Positions 29,479 through 40,300 of a stretch of DNA of 64,000 nt are shown piece by piece. A program made the translations under genes and the position numbers. The notes beneath the pieces were generated by a model. It was not told the DNA's origin. It ran no database searches and was given only the letters and a program-made list of their open reading frames with translations. The DNA is taken from positions 384,001-448,000 of the forward strand of contig CAWEJX010000008.1 in NCBI GenBank assembly GCA_963809485.1, in the 5' to 3' direction. Position 1 is the stretch's first letter. Each line of letters begins with the position of its first letter. Source of the stretch: an uncultured Acidobacteriota bacterium. GTDB taxonomy: Bacteria; Acidobacteriota; UBA6911.

Positions 29479-30849
29479 ATGGCAGAACGGTTGAACAAAT
29501 TGATTCTGTACACCTACGGGGTCGCGGAGTTCAGCTTCAACCTGATGATCAGCATGGAGGTTTATATTTTCACGGCGTTCCTCACCGACTACGCGCAGTT
29601 CCCCCTTATCCTTGCCGGACAGATCCTGACACTCACCAGCTCCGTGGACATCGTGTGTGCCCTTGTGGGCGGCCTGATCCTTCAGAAAGTGACCCTGAAA
29701 CACTTCGGGAAATACCGCGCCTGGTTTCTGGTCGGTCCTCCCCTCGTCGCCCCGTTTTTCATCCTTCAGTTCACGAAAATCGGCGCCGATTGGACGGCGG
29801 CCGCGATTGTCATGACCGGCTTCATTGTGAGCCACCTGCTGTTCAACGTCGTGGTATCGGCCAACGGCGCAATGCTGGGACGGCTGAGCCAACGGCCGGA
29901 CGAAAGGACCATACTGTCCTCCAGCAGGGCCCAGGGCATGTCCGCGTCGGGGCTTGTCTTTTCCGCCACCGCAATGCCCATGATTCTCTTTTTCGGCGGC
30001 CTCACGAATAAAGTGGCCGGAGTCACGATAACCGCGGCGATCTATACAATCACGATGATTCTGGGCCACTGGTACATATTCAAAATCACCGCAGGCAGAG
30101 ATCCCTACGACGAAGTCTTCGTGGACGCCAACGCCAAAAAATCCAGCCAATCCGTGAAGGAAATTGTCGCTCTCGTGTTCCAAAACCATCCCCTGCTGGT
30201 TTTGATTCTGGCGCAGGTTTTCAGCAGCACCGGCTTTTTTGTCCTGACCGCCCTCGCCATCTATTTTTTCACCTATGTCGCCGGCAGGCCAACCTTCCTT
30301 TCTCTTTTTATTCTTGCCATCAGCATCGCGCGTTTGGCCGGCACGTTTGCCGCACCGTGGATCGGTATCCGTCTGGGAAAACGCAAATCCTATTGCGTGT
30401 TCCTGGCGCTGGGGGCCGTCGGATTCGCGGCCGCGTGGCTTTTCGAAGCATCCCCATGGAAATTCACGCTGATTTGTTGCGTTTCGGTCATGCTGGCTTC
30501 CGTTGCCGCCTCCATGAGCTCCGCGCTATTCGCGGACGCTGCGGTCTATGGAGAGTGGAAAACCGGCAGAAACATCCGCGCTTTCACGATGGCGCTGATG
30601 AACTTTCCGATCAAGGTGGGCGTGCTCATCCGCAGCGCGGTCGTGAGCGCAGGCCTGATGGCGATAGGGTTCGTGGCGAACGCGACTCCGACGCCGCGCG
30701 TGGTCGACGGTATCCGCTCCATGATGACGCTCACGCCCGCCGCTGGCTACGCCATTGCCGCCCTCATCTTTTATTTCGGCTACAAAATGGAGGAATCGCA
30801 CGTCCTGCGGATGCAGGATGAAATCGCCGAAAGAAAAGCCATTACCTAA
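29479..30849 (+). CDS. MFS glycoside-pentoside-hexuronide (GPH) symporter
   Basis: GKYRAW, ERT.L...R, ADAAVYGEWKTG. Confidence 0.85.
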   Translation: MAERLNKLILYTYGVAEFSFNLMISMEVYIFTAFLTDYAQFPLILAGQILTLTSSVDIVCALVGGLILQKVTLKHFGKYRAWFLVGPPLVAPFFILQFTKIGADWTAAAIVMTGFIVSHLLFNVVVSANGAMLGRLSQRPDERTILSSSRAQGMSASGLVFSATAMPMILFFGGLTNKVAGVTITAAIYTITMILGHWYIFKITAGRDPYDEVFVDANAKKSSQSVKEIVALVFQNHPLLVLILAQVFSSTGFFVLTALAIYFFTYVAGRPTFLSLFILAISIARLAGTFAAPWIGIRLGKRKSYCVFLALGAVGFAAAWLFEASPWKFTLICCVSVMLASVAASMSSALFADAAVYGEWKTGRNIRAFTMALMNFPIKVGVLIRSAVVSAGLMAIGFVANATPTPRVVDGIRSMMTLTPAAGYAIAALIFYFGYKMEESHVLRMQDEIAERKAIT

Positions 30850-31097
30850 AACTGCTTATTCCTGGATCCCGGCCGCGAGCTGCCGCTTTCTTTAGGGATC
30901 CTCCGGCCCAGCCCGCAGGTTTTGAGGTCGCCGGCCACTCCGAGGACGGTGATCGCACCCAGTAAGGTCTTTGCAGCATCAATGTTGCGGCCGCGAATTG
31001 CGGAATTTTGAATGGCAAAATCTGAATTCCGATTGGATAGACCGATTATTCGCGAGTTCTTTACTTTGCTGCAAGATAAATGAGGCGGTGGCGAACA

Positions 31098-31159
31098 ACC
31101 AGCGTCGCTTCGCTCCGATGGGTGGACAACTCTAGTGGACAACTTCACCGGAATACGCA
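31098..31159 (-). mobile_element. IS21-family terminal repeat remnant
   Basis: Minus strand TGCGTATTCCGGTGAAGTTGTCCAC..GTTGTCCAC..CGGAGCGAAGCGACGCTGG; no istA/istB. Confidence 0.6.
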
Positions 31160-31361
31160 ATCAGATAGATGAATTGAAGCCTGAAAACCGGAAACCTCCT
31201 ACCTCAGCTGCGGCCTAAAAGCACTTCCTTTTCTTGAAGCAACAATCTTGTGAGAATGTTCCGGTAATCTCTGCGACTATGCCGAAGATGTAGCTCGCTT
31301 ACCGGTTACGCTTAATCAAAAGTAATGTCACTCATGAATTCGTACTTAAGAACGTGCGTTG

Positions 31362-31784
31362 TCAAATCCGGAAAATCTGCCCCGTTGCTTTCCGTTTGAA
31401 ATGTACTCTCTGCTGCAACGGGAAATTGAATTTAATCGCCCCGGCACTCAGCTGAGGACACTCGTTCACACAACACCCGCAATACCAGCATTCGTCAGGA
31501 TGAAGGGTAATTGGGGGCTTTCCTTTTACGGGATTAGGTATATATACGTCCACCTGGCACACATCTACGCACGTGTTGCAGCCGATACATGCCTTTGGGT
31601 CTCGAATAACAGGTCTATTGGGCGTCGTCACATTAGGCATAACATATATCTTTTTCCCTTGAGCCCCCTTGAGAATGCCGCCGGCCCCCTCGAGAGAAAC
31701 GGCAGCGCTGGCAGCTCCAGCGACCGCACTTGCTTTGAGGAAATCTCTGCGTTTAATTGTCCGGCTTTTCTTTTGTTTCTTCAT
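31362..31784 (-). CDS. 2x[4Fe-4S] ferredoxin (AprB-like) with Tat signal
   Basis: KRRDFLK; CIGCNTCVDVC; PDECWYCGCCVNECP. Confidence 0.85.
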   Translation of the reverse strand: MKKQKKSRTIKRRDFLKASAVAGAASAAVSLEGAGGILKGAQGKKIYVMPNVTTPNRPVIRDPKACIGCNTCVDVCQVDVYIPNPVKGKPPITLHPDECWYCGCCVNECPQLSAGAIKFNFPLQQRVHFKRKATGQIFRI

Positions 31785-31896
31785 GTCCTTTCTCCCATTT
31801 TATCTATCTGCCGTTCTATATTTTGCTTGCGTTCACCAACATGCGAAAAACGATTGACTGTCAATGATCGAGCTCGCCGGTTCGGGTTCGCCGAGG

Positions 31897-33741
31897 CTAT
31901 CCCTTGTAGGTGCCGACATAACCCTTGTTATGGTCTTCGTAATTTCCCTTGAGATTGCCCCAGTAATCCAAGGGCAGTTCCCCCACCTTCAATTTGCCAT
32001 TTTCCATTTTTAGAGTAATCCACTTGTTCCACTCGGGCGGGTCCATTTGAGGGTAATCTATCCTTTGGAAGTTTAAATGCCTGCTGCTTGCCTTCCGAGC
32101 CAGAGATGCATGGAGAATAATTTGCGAAAAGGAGAGTAGGCTTAGATCCTCCAGACTGCGTATCAGCTTGTGTGGATCCAGTGCATAGAGCTTAGGTACC
32201 CAGTTTTTCTCAATATCCTGAAGTGCATCCAGCCCCATTGAGAGGAGCTTTTCATTTTTGAATTCGCTGCAGAAGTACTGCATATTCCGGGATATTCCGG
32301 CGTGCAGTTCTTTCCATTCTATGCCTTGGCTTTTCTTAATCGGGGCATAGACGCGAGCTTTCTCAAGCGCGATTTGGTCCTTTGATACGACCGGTTCATG
32401 CGATTTCAAGACATATTCGGCCGCTTTTCTGCCGGCATACCTGCCCGTGGCTTCAGCATAGCTATGGTCGGCAGGACCAAACATCTGTTCCCCGGCAGCG
32501 AACAATCCATCCAGTGTAGTCATCAAATCCCAGTCGACGACAACCCCACCCCGAGTATTCATACTGTCGGGAGATCGGAAATGAGCGGGGGACGTTCCCT
32601 CTAGCAATGTATAACTCGGGAACAGGTCCGTAGCCGGGTCATAGCCGGCTTCCAGGAACTTTCTTCGAATGGCTTTTGTGGTCGACTCCTCCACGTACAT
32701 CAAGTCCCAGTTTATCTTTCGCCAACCCTCCGATAGGGAAGGCATATCACCCCAGAAAGGCAGCGCCAATTCCCCCTTGAGCACGGCCTCGCGGAGATTC
32801 GCCCTTTGCGGGAGCGGTTTGCCGTTGTCGTCGATTTGCGAGAGATGCTCGTAGCTGGCATCGATTCCCGCATACCATTTGTGTTTATAACCGGTGCCCA
32901 GACTCAGAAGCCCGGACTTCTCCATCTGAGTAACCGCAGCGCCGGCTCTAAACGCCATCACGGTGCCGTCGCCTGCATTGTTGCGGGACCTGAATGTGGT
33001 GATGCCTGCCAGCTCGGTGTTGAAAACCCAAATGGATCCTATTCCCGCTGTTGCGAGCACAATCGCTTTGGCTTTAAATATCATGAATTCGCCAGTTCGA
33101 GTATTCACTCCCGTGGCGCCTACCACCTTAGCCCCCTGGACGCCCTTTTCGTTGAGCAGGCTGGTGCCCATGACCCTATCGTAGATTTTGACACCTAAAC
33201 GCTCGCACTCCTTTTTCAGTACCGGTTTAAGCGTAGATCCCCAAAAGCGCAGACATGCGTTGGTCTGTGAATACCTTTCGGCTATTATCATCTTGGTTTT
33301 GTCATCCCTGCCCGGGCAACCTACGTACTCATCCTCCGTGTCTCTGATCTTGCCGCCCATCGGCTCCAACTCCAGGAATGCATCATAGCTTTCACGACAC
33401 TGGATATAGCGGCCAATTCCGCAGCAGTATCCGCCGTACTCGTCAATGATTTCCTGGCACCTCTGTTCGGGGGTCATTTTAGCCAGAGGAAAGGTCATTG
33501 CTTCCTCCCAGTGGTCGCCGCCCGGCCCACCAGCGCCGCTCCGCACCGTTGCCGCCTTTTCGACCATCGCAACTCTGACGCCTTTCTTCCGGGCTGCGCT
33601 TATGGCAGCTCTGCATCCGGCAATACCGCCGCCGATCACCAGGACATCGGTTTCGACGGTTTGTTCCTGCTCATATCGTATCGGATACGGCCATTCGGGC
33701 GCGCACCCCTCTTGTTCAATCAGCTCATGCCATGAGGTCAT
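31897..33741 (-). CDS. AprA-like/succinate-fumarate reductase flavoprotein family protein
   Basis: VIGGGIAG, RSGA, KAIVLATAG, GDG..MA.RAGA, GLFAAGE, R.DYP. Confidence 0.85.
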   Translation of the reverse strand: MTSWHELIEQEGCAPEWPYPIRYEQEQTVETDVLVIGGGIAGCRAAISAARKKGVRVAMVEKAATVRSGAGGPGGDHWEEAMTFPLAKMTPEQRCQEIIDEYGGYCCGIGRYIQCRESYDAFLELEPMGGKIRDTEDEYVGCPGRDDKTKMIIAERYSQTNACLRFWGSTLKPVLKKECERLGVKIYDRVMGTSLLNEKGVQGAKVVGATGVNTRTGEFMIFKAKAIVLATAGIGSIWVFNTELAGITTFRSRNNAGDGTVMAFRAGAAVTQMEKSGLLSLGTGYKHKWYAGIDASYEHLSQIDDNGKPLPQRANLREAVLKGELALPFWGDMPSLSEGWRKINWDLMYVEESTTKAIRRKFLEAGYDPATDLFPSYTLLEGTSPAHFRSPDSMNTRGGVVVDWDLMTTLDGLFAAGEQMFGPADHSYAEATGRYAGRKAAEYVLKSHEPVVSKDQIALEKARVYAPIKKSQGIEWKELHAGISRNMQYFCSEFKNEKLLSMGLDALQDIEKNWVPKLYALDPHKLIRSLEDLSLLSFSQIILHASLARKASSRHLNFQRIDYPQMDPPEWNKWITLKMENGKLKVGELPLDYWGNLKGNYEDHNKGYVGTYKG

Positions 33742-34152
33742 GTTCTAGCCTCCTTTTAAGCACTTGGGTGCTGGTCATATGACATTTCGATCGTTTGCTG
33801 CTCGATATTTGAAAACCGCCTTTTTGCAGGAGCATTTTCCTTTCAGCAAAGCTCCGAAAACATCCAAGATTCGTCGTTCGGCGGGGCGCTCTCTTGAATA
33901 GCCTGATTCTTGCACTGAATCGTGTTTTCCAGGGGCCATGCCGCGGCGAGAAACGCACTAAAAATTAAGTCGGATGACAATGATGCCATTCCGCGGCCCC
34001 ATACCAGTTCCTGTCGACTGTTCCGTAGCTCCCCGTGATGTGTCAATGTATCCGAAACCGGAAACTGGCTTACCATTCGAATCGACCGTCTGCGTTAGCT
34101 TAGCATTTGTCGACGAGGGATTACTAAGAAATGTCCGGTTAAATATGTTTTG

Positions 34153-34326
34153 AAAATCAGCAACAATTGAACTTCGCGCGATGGTAGGCCTGGCCCGGTT
34201 GTGGCAGAAACAAAACCGTCACTCAGAAGCAAGGCAGCGGTTAGCGGAAGTCTTCGACTCGCTTCACGGAAGGCCACAACACTTCCGATCTAAGGGACGC
34301 TTACGAGCTGCTTCAGCAGTTGTCTT
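34153..34326 (+). pseudogene. C-terminal remnant of a TPR-type ATPase/cyclase regulator
   Basis: ELRAMVGLARLWQKQ..EARQRLAEV then frameshifted FTEGHNTSDLRDAYELL. Confidence 0.6.
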
Positions 34327-34588
34327 GCGGATATATGGACTGATTGTGTGGCCCCGCGCTATTGGACCCCTCCAACGACAAGCACCTCTACATCACGGAG
34401 CCGTCGCAGGATAGATCAGGCTTCTCCGAGATAGCCCAAAAGAAATAGTAGCCTTGGGATGGCTGTGCCTCCGGCGACCCTCGCAAGCAAATTGTATCGG
34501 TTCGGATTTCAGAAGCGGTCAATTTGCAGGTCGATAGGCCGCACGAGCGAGATTTATTCTATCCTCTGGGATAGCGCAACCCGATCCC

Positions 34589-34685
34589 TCCTCTGATAAC
34601 TTCCATTATGTAGCTTTCGGACATCCGCCGTTGCCGATTTATTTATAACAGGTTGATTTCACAATGGGTTGGAGGTTTTGGATAG
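34589..34685 (+). repeat. dif-like site plus 75-bp direct repeat (copy 1)
   Basis: CTGATAA-CTTCCA-TTATGTAGC; 34611..34685 is 70/75 identical to 37156..37230. Confidence 0.75.
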
Positions 34686-34776
34686 AGATTTTAATAAACC
34701 TATGGTGCCATGCAGATCAGCTGCCGGCGGCAAGTTCCAGCGGCAAGCTCAATCCAGATGCGGTCATAATCACCTC

Positions 34777-35436
34777 TTATTTAACGTAAATTATTTTCGA
34801 ACCCTGTTTCTTTATTTTCAGGGAAGCCTGTCTGTTGATAGCCGGGTCGGTAACAATCTGCCATATTCCCCAGAGGGCCGGCAGGAAAGCCTTGAATGTA
34901 CTGACCTCGGCGATGTTGTGTGTTTTCCATCCGCCGCCGGTCGGTTTCTTTCCGCTCGGGTGCGGCGGCAACGGTCCAAGCGGTGCACCGTGGGGAGGCC
35001 CATTGCGGGGAGGCCCGCCGGGAATGCCGTGCATGCAGGAACGCATTTTGCAGCCGCCGGGGATAGCCTCCCATTGGTGGGAAAGCACTACGGACATTTT
35101 CCCGGTACGGGGGTCGGTCGGCCCCGCGGCAGTAAGAAGGTGTTCGTAAGTCCAGAACTTTTTCTGTTCGTCGGTACCAAGGTTGGGGTCCACCCACTCG
35201 ATACGGAGATGCATGACCGGGCCGTAATCGATACTCTCGGTAGCTATCTGCACCGCGCCGATATGCCCGCCCAGCGGCGGTGTAACGTCCCATTTGAATC
35301 CCTTGTGCTCGTCAGGGCACCATAGTTCGTAGCCTTTTTCCATATTTACCCACCACCAATCGATCATTTCTTCGGTCACGCCGGGAACAATATGATCGAC
35401 AACGGCCCAACTTTCAGGAAATTTTTCTTCGCCCAT
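34777..35436 (-). CDS. DAPG hydrolase PhlG / phloretin hydrolase-like protein
   Basis: PGVTEEMIDWWW, Y.LWCPDEH, conserved E, HNIAE (HxxxE). Confidence 0.75.
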   Translation of the reverse strand: MGEEKFPESWAVVDHIVPGVTEEMIDWWWVNMEKGYELWCPDEHKGFKWDVTPPLGGHIGAVQIATESIDYGPVMHLRIEWVDPNLGTDEQKKFWTYEHLLTAAGPTDPRTGKMSVVLSHQWEAIPGGCKMRSCMHGIPGGPPRNGPPHGAPLGPLPPHPSGKKPTGGGWKTHNIAEVSTFKAFLPALWGIWQIVTDPAINRQASLKIKKQGSKIIYVK

Positions 35437-35716
35437 GGGATTGCCTTTTCTCCTTAATGTTTACTTGGTTGTGTACAAGCAAATTATATGTGATATCACT
35501 CTTGTCCAAAACAGGTTTTGTAAATTTGATCAGCAAAAAATCGCAAATGGATAGAAAATGAAAAGTGCACAGCGAGCCCTAACTTGGGTCAGATTGATTT
35601 TGGCTAAAAAGTCGATTTACCAAGGAAATCCGACCGTGCAGAGATTTTCCAGCATCTTCTCCCAATTGCTGCAACTCTTTCCCCGTCTCGAATTCGACCA
35701 AGCAGTGAAAAAGAAT

Positions 35717-35750
35717 AAACTCAGCTGCTTCTAAAGCAAGCTGAGTTTTT
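35717..35750. terminator. Intrinsic terminator-like hairpin downstream of OFA transporter
   Basis: AAACTCAGC..GCTGAGTTTTT. Confidence 0.65.
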
Positions 35751-35776
35751 TAAATTATTTATTTCGCTTAAAAATA

Positions 35777-37051
35777 TTATGCTTTATTTTCTGCTGCGAT
35801 TGCCCTGCTCGCGAATGTCAGCGCGGCGCCTACAACAAGCATGCAGATGATTATCACGAATGTCAGGCCGTTCGATCCTGCTTTGTCAAGGATCATGCCG
35901 TTTACTCTCGGCATAACAAGCCCGCCGACTCCCCACGCAGTGAAGACAATACCGTAATTGAGCCCGTAGCTTTTCAGGCCGAAATAGTCTTTTGTCACTG
36001 CCGGAAAGATCGCTAAATTCGCTCCGTAATTTGCGCCAATGAAAAGAACGATAAGCATGATGAGCATCCATCCGCCGCCGGCCTGCATGTAGTACAGGCA
36101 CGCGATTACGGCAGCCTGGAACAGGAAGCAGATAAAAAGAGTCCACTGGCGCCCGATCTTGTCCGATATCATTCCCGCGATGATGCGGCCTCCGGCGTTC
36201 CCGACTGCGAGAATTGCTACCGCGATAAATGCGAGTTCGCCCAGAGATCTTTTGCCCAGGTCCTGGGCAACGCTGATGAATGTGAGGCCTGCAGAAGCTC
36301 CGATAAAATACATCAGCCAAAGAATATAGAACTGCGTTCCGCTCATCATTTGTTTCCATGTCATTTCAACGTGAGGCTGGCTGCTCCCGCCTGTCTTCGA
36401 GGCAGGAACCGCTGAGAAACCGGCCGGAGGATTTTTCAATAACTGTGATAGTATCGTAACGATTATCAGGAAGCCGATACCGAATGTGATCATTGTGCTC
36501 GATACGCCTTTTTCAACGATCTCTTTGCCTGTGGCCGCGTCGATTGCTCCTGTGGCTTTTGCGAAGAATGACAGCATCCATGTGCCGAGAGGCGCGATAT
36601 ACACTGAAGCGAGGCCGAATCCGGCCACCACAAGCCCCGCGATCATTCCTGTCTTCTGCGGAGGAAACCATTTGACGGCTGGCGGGGTCGCCGAGGCGTA
36701 GCCGAAGCCGATCCCAATTCCCGCGAGTATTCCGAACCCGATGACAAATCCCGCGAGCGATGAGCCTGAAAAGCCGGCAATAATGCAGCCGGCGCCTGTG
36801 AGAATGCCGCCGATCGTGGCAACCCAGCGCGGGCCAATTACATCCTGCAGCTTGCCAGCGGGCACCATGGCGCAAGCGAACACGATACACGCTACAGCGT
36901 AGGGAAGAGCTTTATCAGCGTTGTTCCATCCCCATGACTCGGGAATTCCGCCTTTAATGACGCTCCAAGCGTACAGAATACCGAGCGCCAAATTGATCCC
37001 AAGGCCGGCGAACGTGACAGCCCAGCCTTTGTTCTTTACTGATTCTGACAT
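35777..37051 (-). CDS. OFA-family MFS transporter (oxalate/formate antiporter-like)
   Basis: LGILYAWS, GKLQD.IGPR, KWFPPQKTGMIAGLVVAGFG, DYFG.K.YG.NYG. Confidence 0.9.
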   Translation of the reverse strand: MSESVKNKGWAVTFAGLGINLALGILYAWSVIKGGIPESWGWNNADKALPYAVACIVFACAMVPAGKLQDVIGPRWVATIGGILTGAGCIIAGFSGSSLAGFVIGFGILAGIGIGFGYASATPPAVKWFPPQKTGMIAGLVVAGFGLASVYIAPLGTWMLSFFAKATGAIDAATGKEIVEKGVSSTMITFGIGFLIIVTILSQLLKNPPAGFSAVPASKTGGSSQPHVEMTWKQMMSGTQFYILWLMYFIGASAGLTFISVAQDLGKRSLGELAFIAVAILAVGNAGGRIIAGMISDKIGRQWTLFICFLFQAAVIACLYYMQAGGGWMLIMLIVLFIGANYGANLAIFPAVTKDYFGLKSYGLNYGIVFTAWGVGGLVMPRVNGMILDKAGSNGLTFVIIICMLVVGAALTFASRAIAAENKA

Positions 37052-37134
37052 AATAGGCTCCATATTTTTCTTTTTATAAGATACACGTTTTGCCTGGCAG
37101 GCGTCTATTCCGGTCCCCGGATGTCTTCTACACT

Positions 37135-37230
37135 GTTTCTGATAAAAGGCATTAGTAGCTATCGGACATCCGCCGTTGCCGATTTATTTGTAACAGTTTG
37201 ATTTTACAATAGGTTGGAGGTTTTGGATAG
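37135..37230 (+). repeat. dif-like site plus 75-bp direct repeat (copy 2)
   Basis: GTTTCTGATAA-AAGGCA-TTAGTAGC followed by a match to 34611..34685. Confidence 0.75.
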
Positions 37231-37303
37231 TGCAGGCTCGCCGCCGCCGCTCTTGGCGGGCGGCAGCGGCGAGGCGAGGTGCAAGTCCTCGATCAGTCTC
37301 AGC

Positions 37304-40300
37304 CTAGAAACTGATTCGGGCCACAATTATCCCACTGCGTGGCGAGAGGCCCGTGTTTGTGTTGATGTCGCCAAAGCCGCCTGATGTTTCGCGAGAGCTC
37401 GTCCAACTCTGTGTGGTTTGGGCATTAGTCGCTGTTGGATTGCCATAACTCAGGCGGTTGAATATGTTTTGGAAATCAGCGCGAATATTCAGGGCAACTC
37501 CCTCCTTGATCCGGAAATTCCGTCCGATGCTCATAGCTTCCGTTGGATGGCGCTGGTATCGGTAGTCCCCGAAATAGGCGGGCGAGTACCCGAATTTTCC
37601 CACAGGTGGATCTGTCCAGGCTGCCGGATTCAATACGAAATCCGTATAGGGGTCATAGGAGCTTCTGTCATTCATATCCATAGGGCTCTTGGTGATAGCG
37701 CCGCTAGCGTCTTTACGAGTCCTCAAAAAAAACGGTTGGCCCGGAACCCGATTAGCGAAAGTGTTCCGGAAGAGATACGAGCTGAGCTTGCTTTGCGCGG
37801 CTGGGGATTGAATCGGGAAGCCGCTTGCGATCTCCAGAACGACGCCGAACGTCCAATCGCGGATCGCCCACGACAGCGCCTTGTTTGTTCCCAACTTGGG
37901 CAATGTATAGTTCAGAGACGTAATCCATACAACGGGGCGGGAATACCGCGAAATGTACTTGTTCACCTTACGGTCGAACACGTCGTTTACGGCCGCCAGG
38001 CCCGTGTTAATGAAGTCTTCCCCCCCATCGTCAGTTCTTTCTGCCAGCTAAATGCGCTGGTGAAATCGAGCCCATGGGAAAACCGTTTGGTGGCCTTTAT
38101 CTGCAGCCCGTCATACCAGGTTCTGCCGAGCGGAGCATAGCGATAATCGATCTGTGTGAACTGTGGAAACGGGCGTAAGGATTGAGCGACCGTATTCTTC
38201 AGCGGGAAGCTCCCGTAGGGCGGAGTGCTGTACGTATTTCCCGTTATGGGATCTATTCGGGTTGCTGCCCCTGAGGTTTTGGAATCCATAGCAGATGACA
38301 GCAGCAGCCGATCGGCCGCATTGTTGATGTCGAGGCCGTGGGAAGAAATCATCTGCTCAGTTAACGCATTTACATTTATGAGCGAGTTTCCCTCCCACCA
38401 AGCGCCGCGGTTGCCGACGTAAGAGATTTCTATCGACAGGTTCCGGAATATCTCGTGCTGAATGCTGAGGCTCCACTGGATCTGTCTCGGCGGCCGGCCG
38501 GCGTTGTGATCGATTGCAATCGGAACCGTGCCGGGCACGCCGCGAATCGGATATTGGCCGGCATCCAAACTGGGCCAAGGACCTGCCGCCGGCGCGCCTT
38601 CGCTCAGGAGTCTCGCTGGATCACCGAAGGAGGGCCGCTCATACGGATTTGTCGAGGCGAAGCTCTGCGAGGTTCGGTTCTCGCTGGCTGTTTGCCCGTA
38701 AGAGATGCCGGCGCCAGCGCGGATCACCGTCTTTGGGGTGATCTGATAAGCAATCCCCAGACGCGGGCCGAACGCGTAGTGATAGACCTTCGCAAAGTCG
38801 CAATTGCACTGGCCCGGTCCGGAGCCTTCAAAGATCACGGCCCCCAGCAGGCCTCCTGCAGTAGGGTTCGGAGTGGTAGGCGAGAAATTGGCAACCCGGC
38901 CCCACCTCTCCCGCAAGTAGTCCTGATAATCCCACCGCAATCCATAATCGAGGGTGAATTTGCGCGTCATTTTCCAGCTATCCTGGGCAAATATACCCCA
39001 GGCCGATTTCCCCAGCTTGGGACTGCTGATAACTCCAATGTCGCCGTTGTTGACGAGTCCCAAAAGGAAACTCGCGTACGGGAACCCGATGCGGAGACCT
39101 TGAGTGTTCAATCCTTCAATGGCGAGTCCGGTCTGTTGCTCGTTAAAGACATAGGTGCCATAGGCAGGCGATTCCAAGGTGGCCGGGTATCCCTCGAGGC
39201 GCATTTCGCCGCCAAACTTATAGCTGTGATTGGACCTGATCCACGTGAGGCTGGCATTCGCAGTGGTTCTAAGCATGCGCGTGAGGGACTGCTGAAGGGG
39301 GCCCATCTGCTTCATGCCGCCGCGGCCGGGCACTGTCATATCCAGAATGTAGGGGAAGTATTCGGCGTTCGCTCCCGGAAGGCCAAGTTCTTTTAGTTGG
39401 TCGAAGCCTTTATAGGGATTGGGGTCGCCAAAGCTCATTGTCATGGTGCCAACACCCAAATGAACAAGAGAAGTTGGCGTAAGGTTATGGTCAAAGCCGA
39501 GACGCGCCGTATCCGCACTCACGTCCGTGTTCCTGGTAATCGTAACAGCCGTAGGGATGCCATCGGCAAAGGCATAGGAATTCGGATTCCACGTCTTGGT
39601 TCTCGACCAGAAGAATGTCAGCTTGTCTTTGGAACTTAGGTTGTGATCGATCTTGAACGAGGGAACAGTCCGGTGATTAACGCTTTCCCATGGGTTGATG
39701 TAGTTGGAGCTTAGGTCATTCATGCTGGGGCCCTGTGGCGCTGGAATCAGGGCTTGAATATTGACCGAGACCGGATCGAACCGATCTTTCGGGATCGTAT
39801 TTTCGGGAAACGGATCCCGAACACGCTGGCCGTTTGGAGCGATGCGGTCCGTTTCCGGATCATAAATCGTGCCCTCATATATATCGCGGCCGAGAGGATC
39901 TTTGGTAATGGCTTTCTTTCCGGTCAATGCCTGCTGGAAATTGCCCTCGCGATAGGCGGGCGTGGGAACAGTAAGTTTAGTGGAATTGTAGTTTGTCGTC
40001 TCGCGATACTGCTCCCAATTAAAGAAGAAGAATGTTTTGTTGTGACCGTCGTAAACCTTGGGAACATACACGGGACCGCCCAGGGTGAGACCGTAGTTAT
40101 GTCTGCGCACCTTGTCCTTATTGTTAAGAAAAGGTTTATTGGCGTTAAGCGCCTCATTGCTCCAATAATCATAGGCGCTGCCATGCAACGAGTTGGTGCC
40201 GGACTTCATAGTAACGTTGAAGAAGCCGCCCCCCGATTGTCCATACTCGGCAGAATAGTTGCTCGTCTGGATGGCTACCTCTTCGACCGCATCCAGGCTT

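Noticed and set aside
31897-33741. Dissimilatory APS reductase aprA
   Set aside because: Divergent motifs, A-before-B order, Tat leader on the partner, and no sat/qmo/dsr genes nearby
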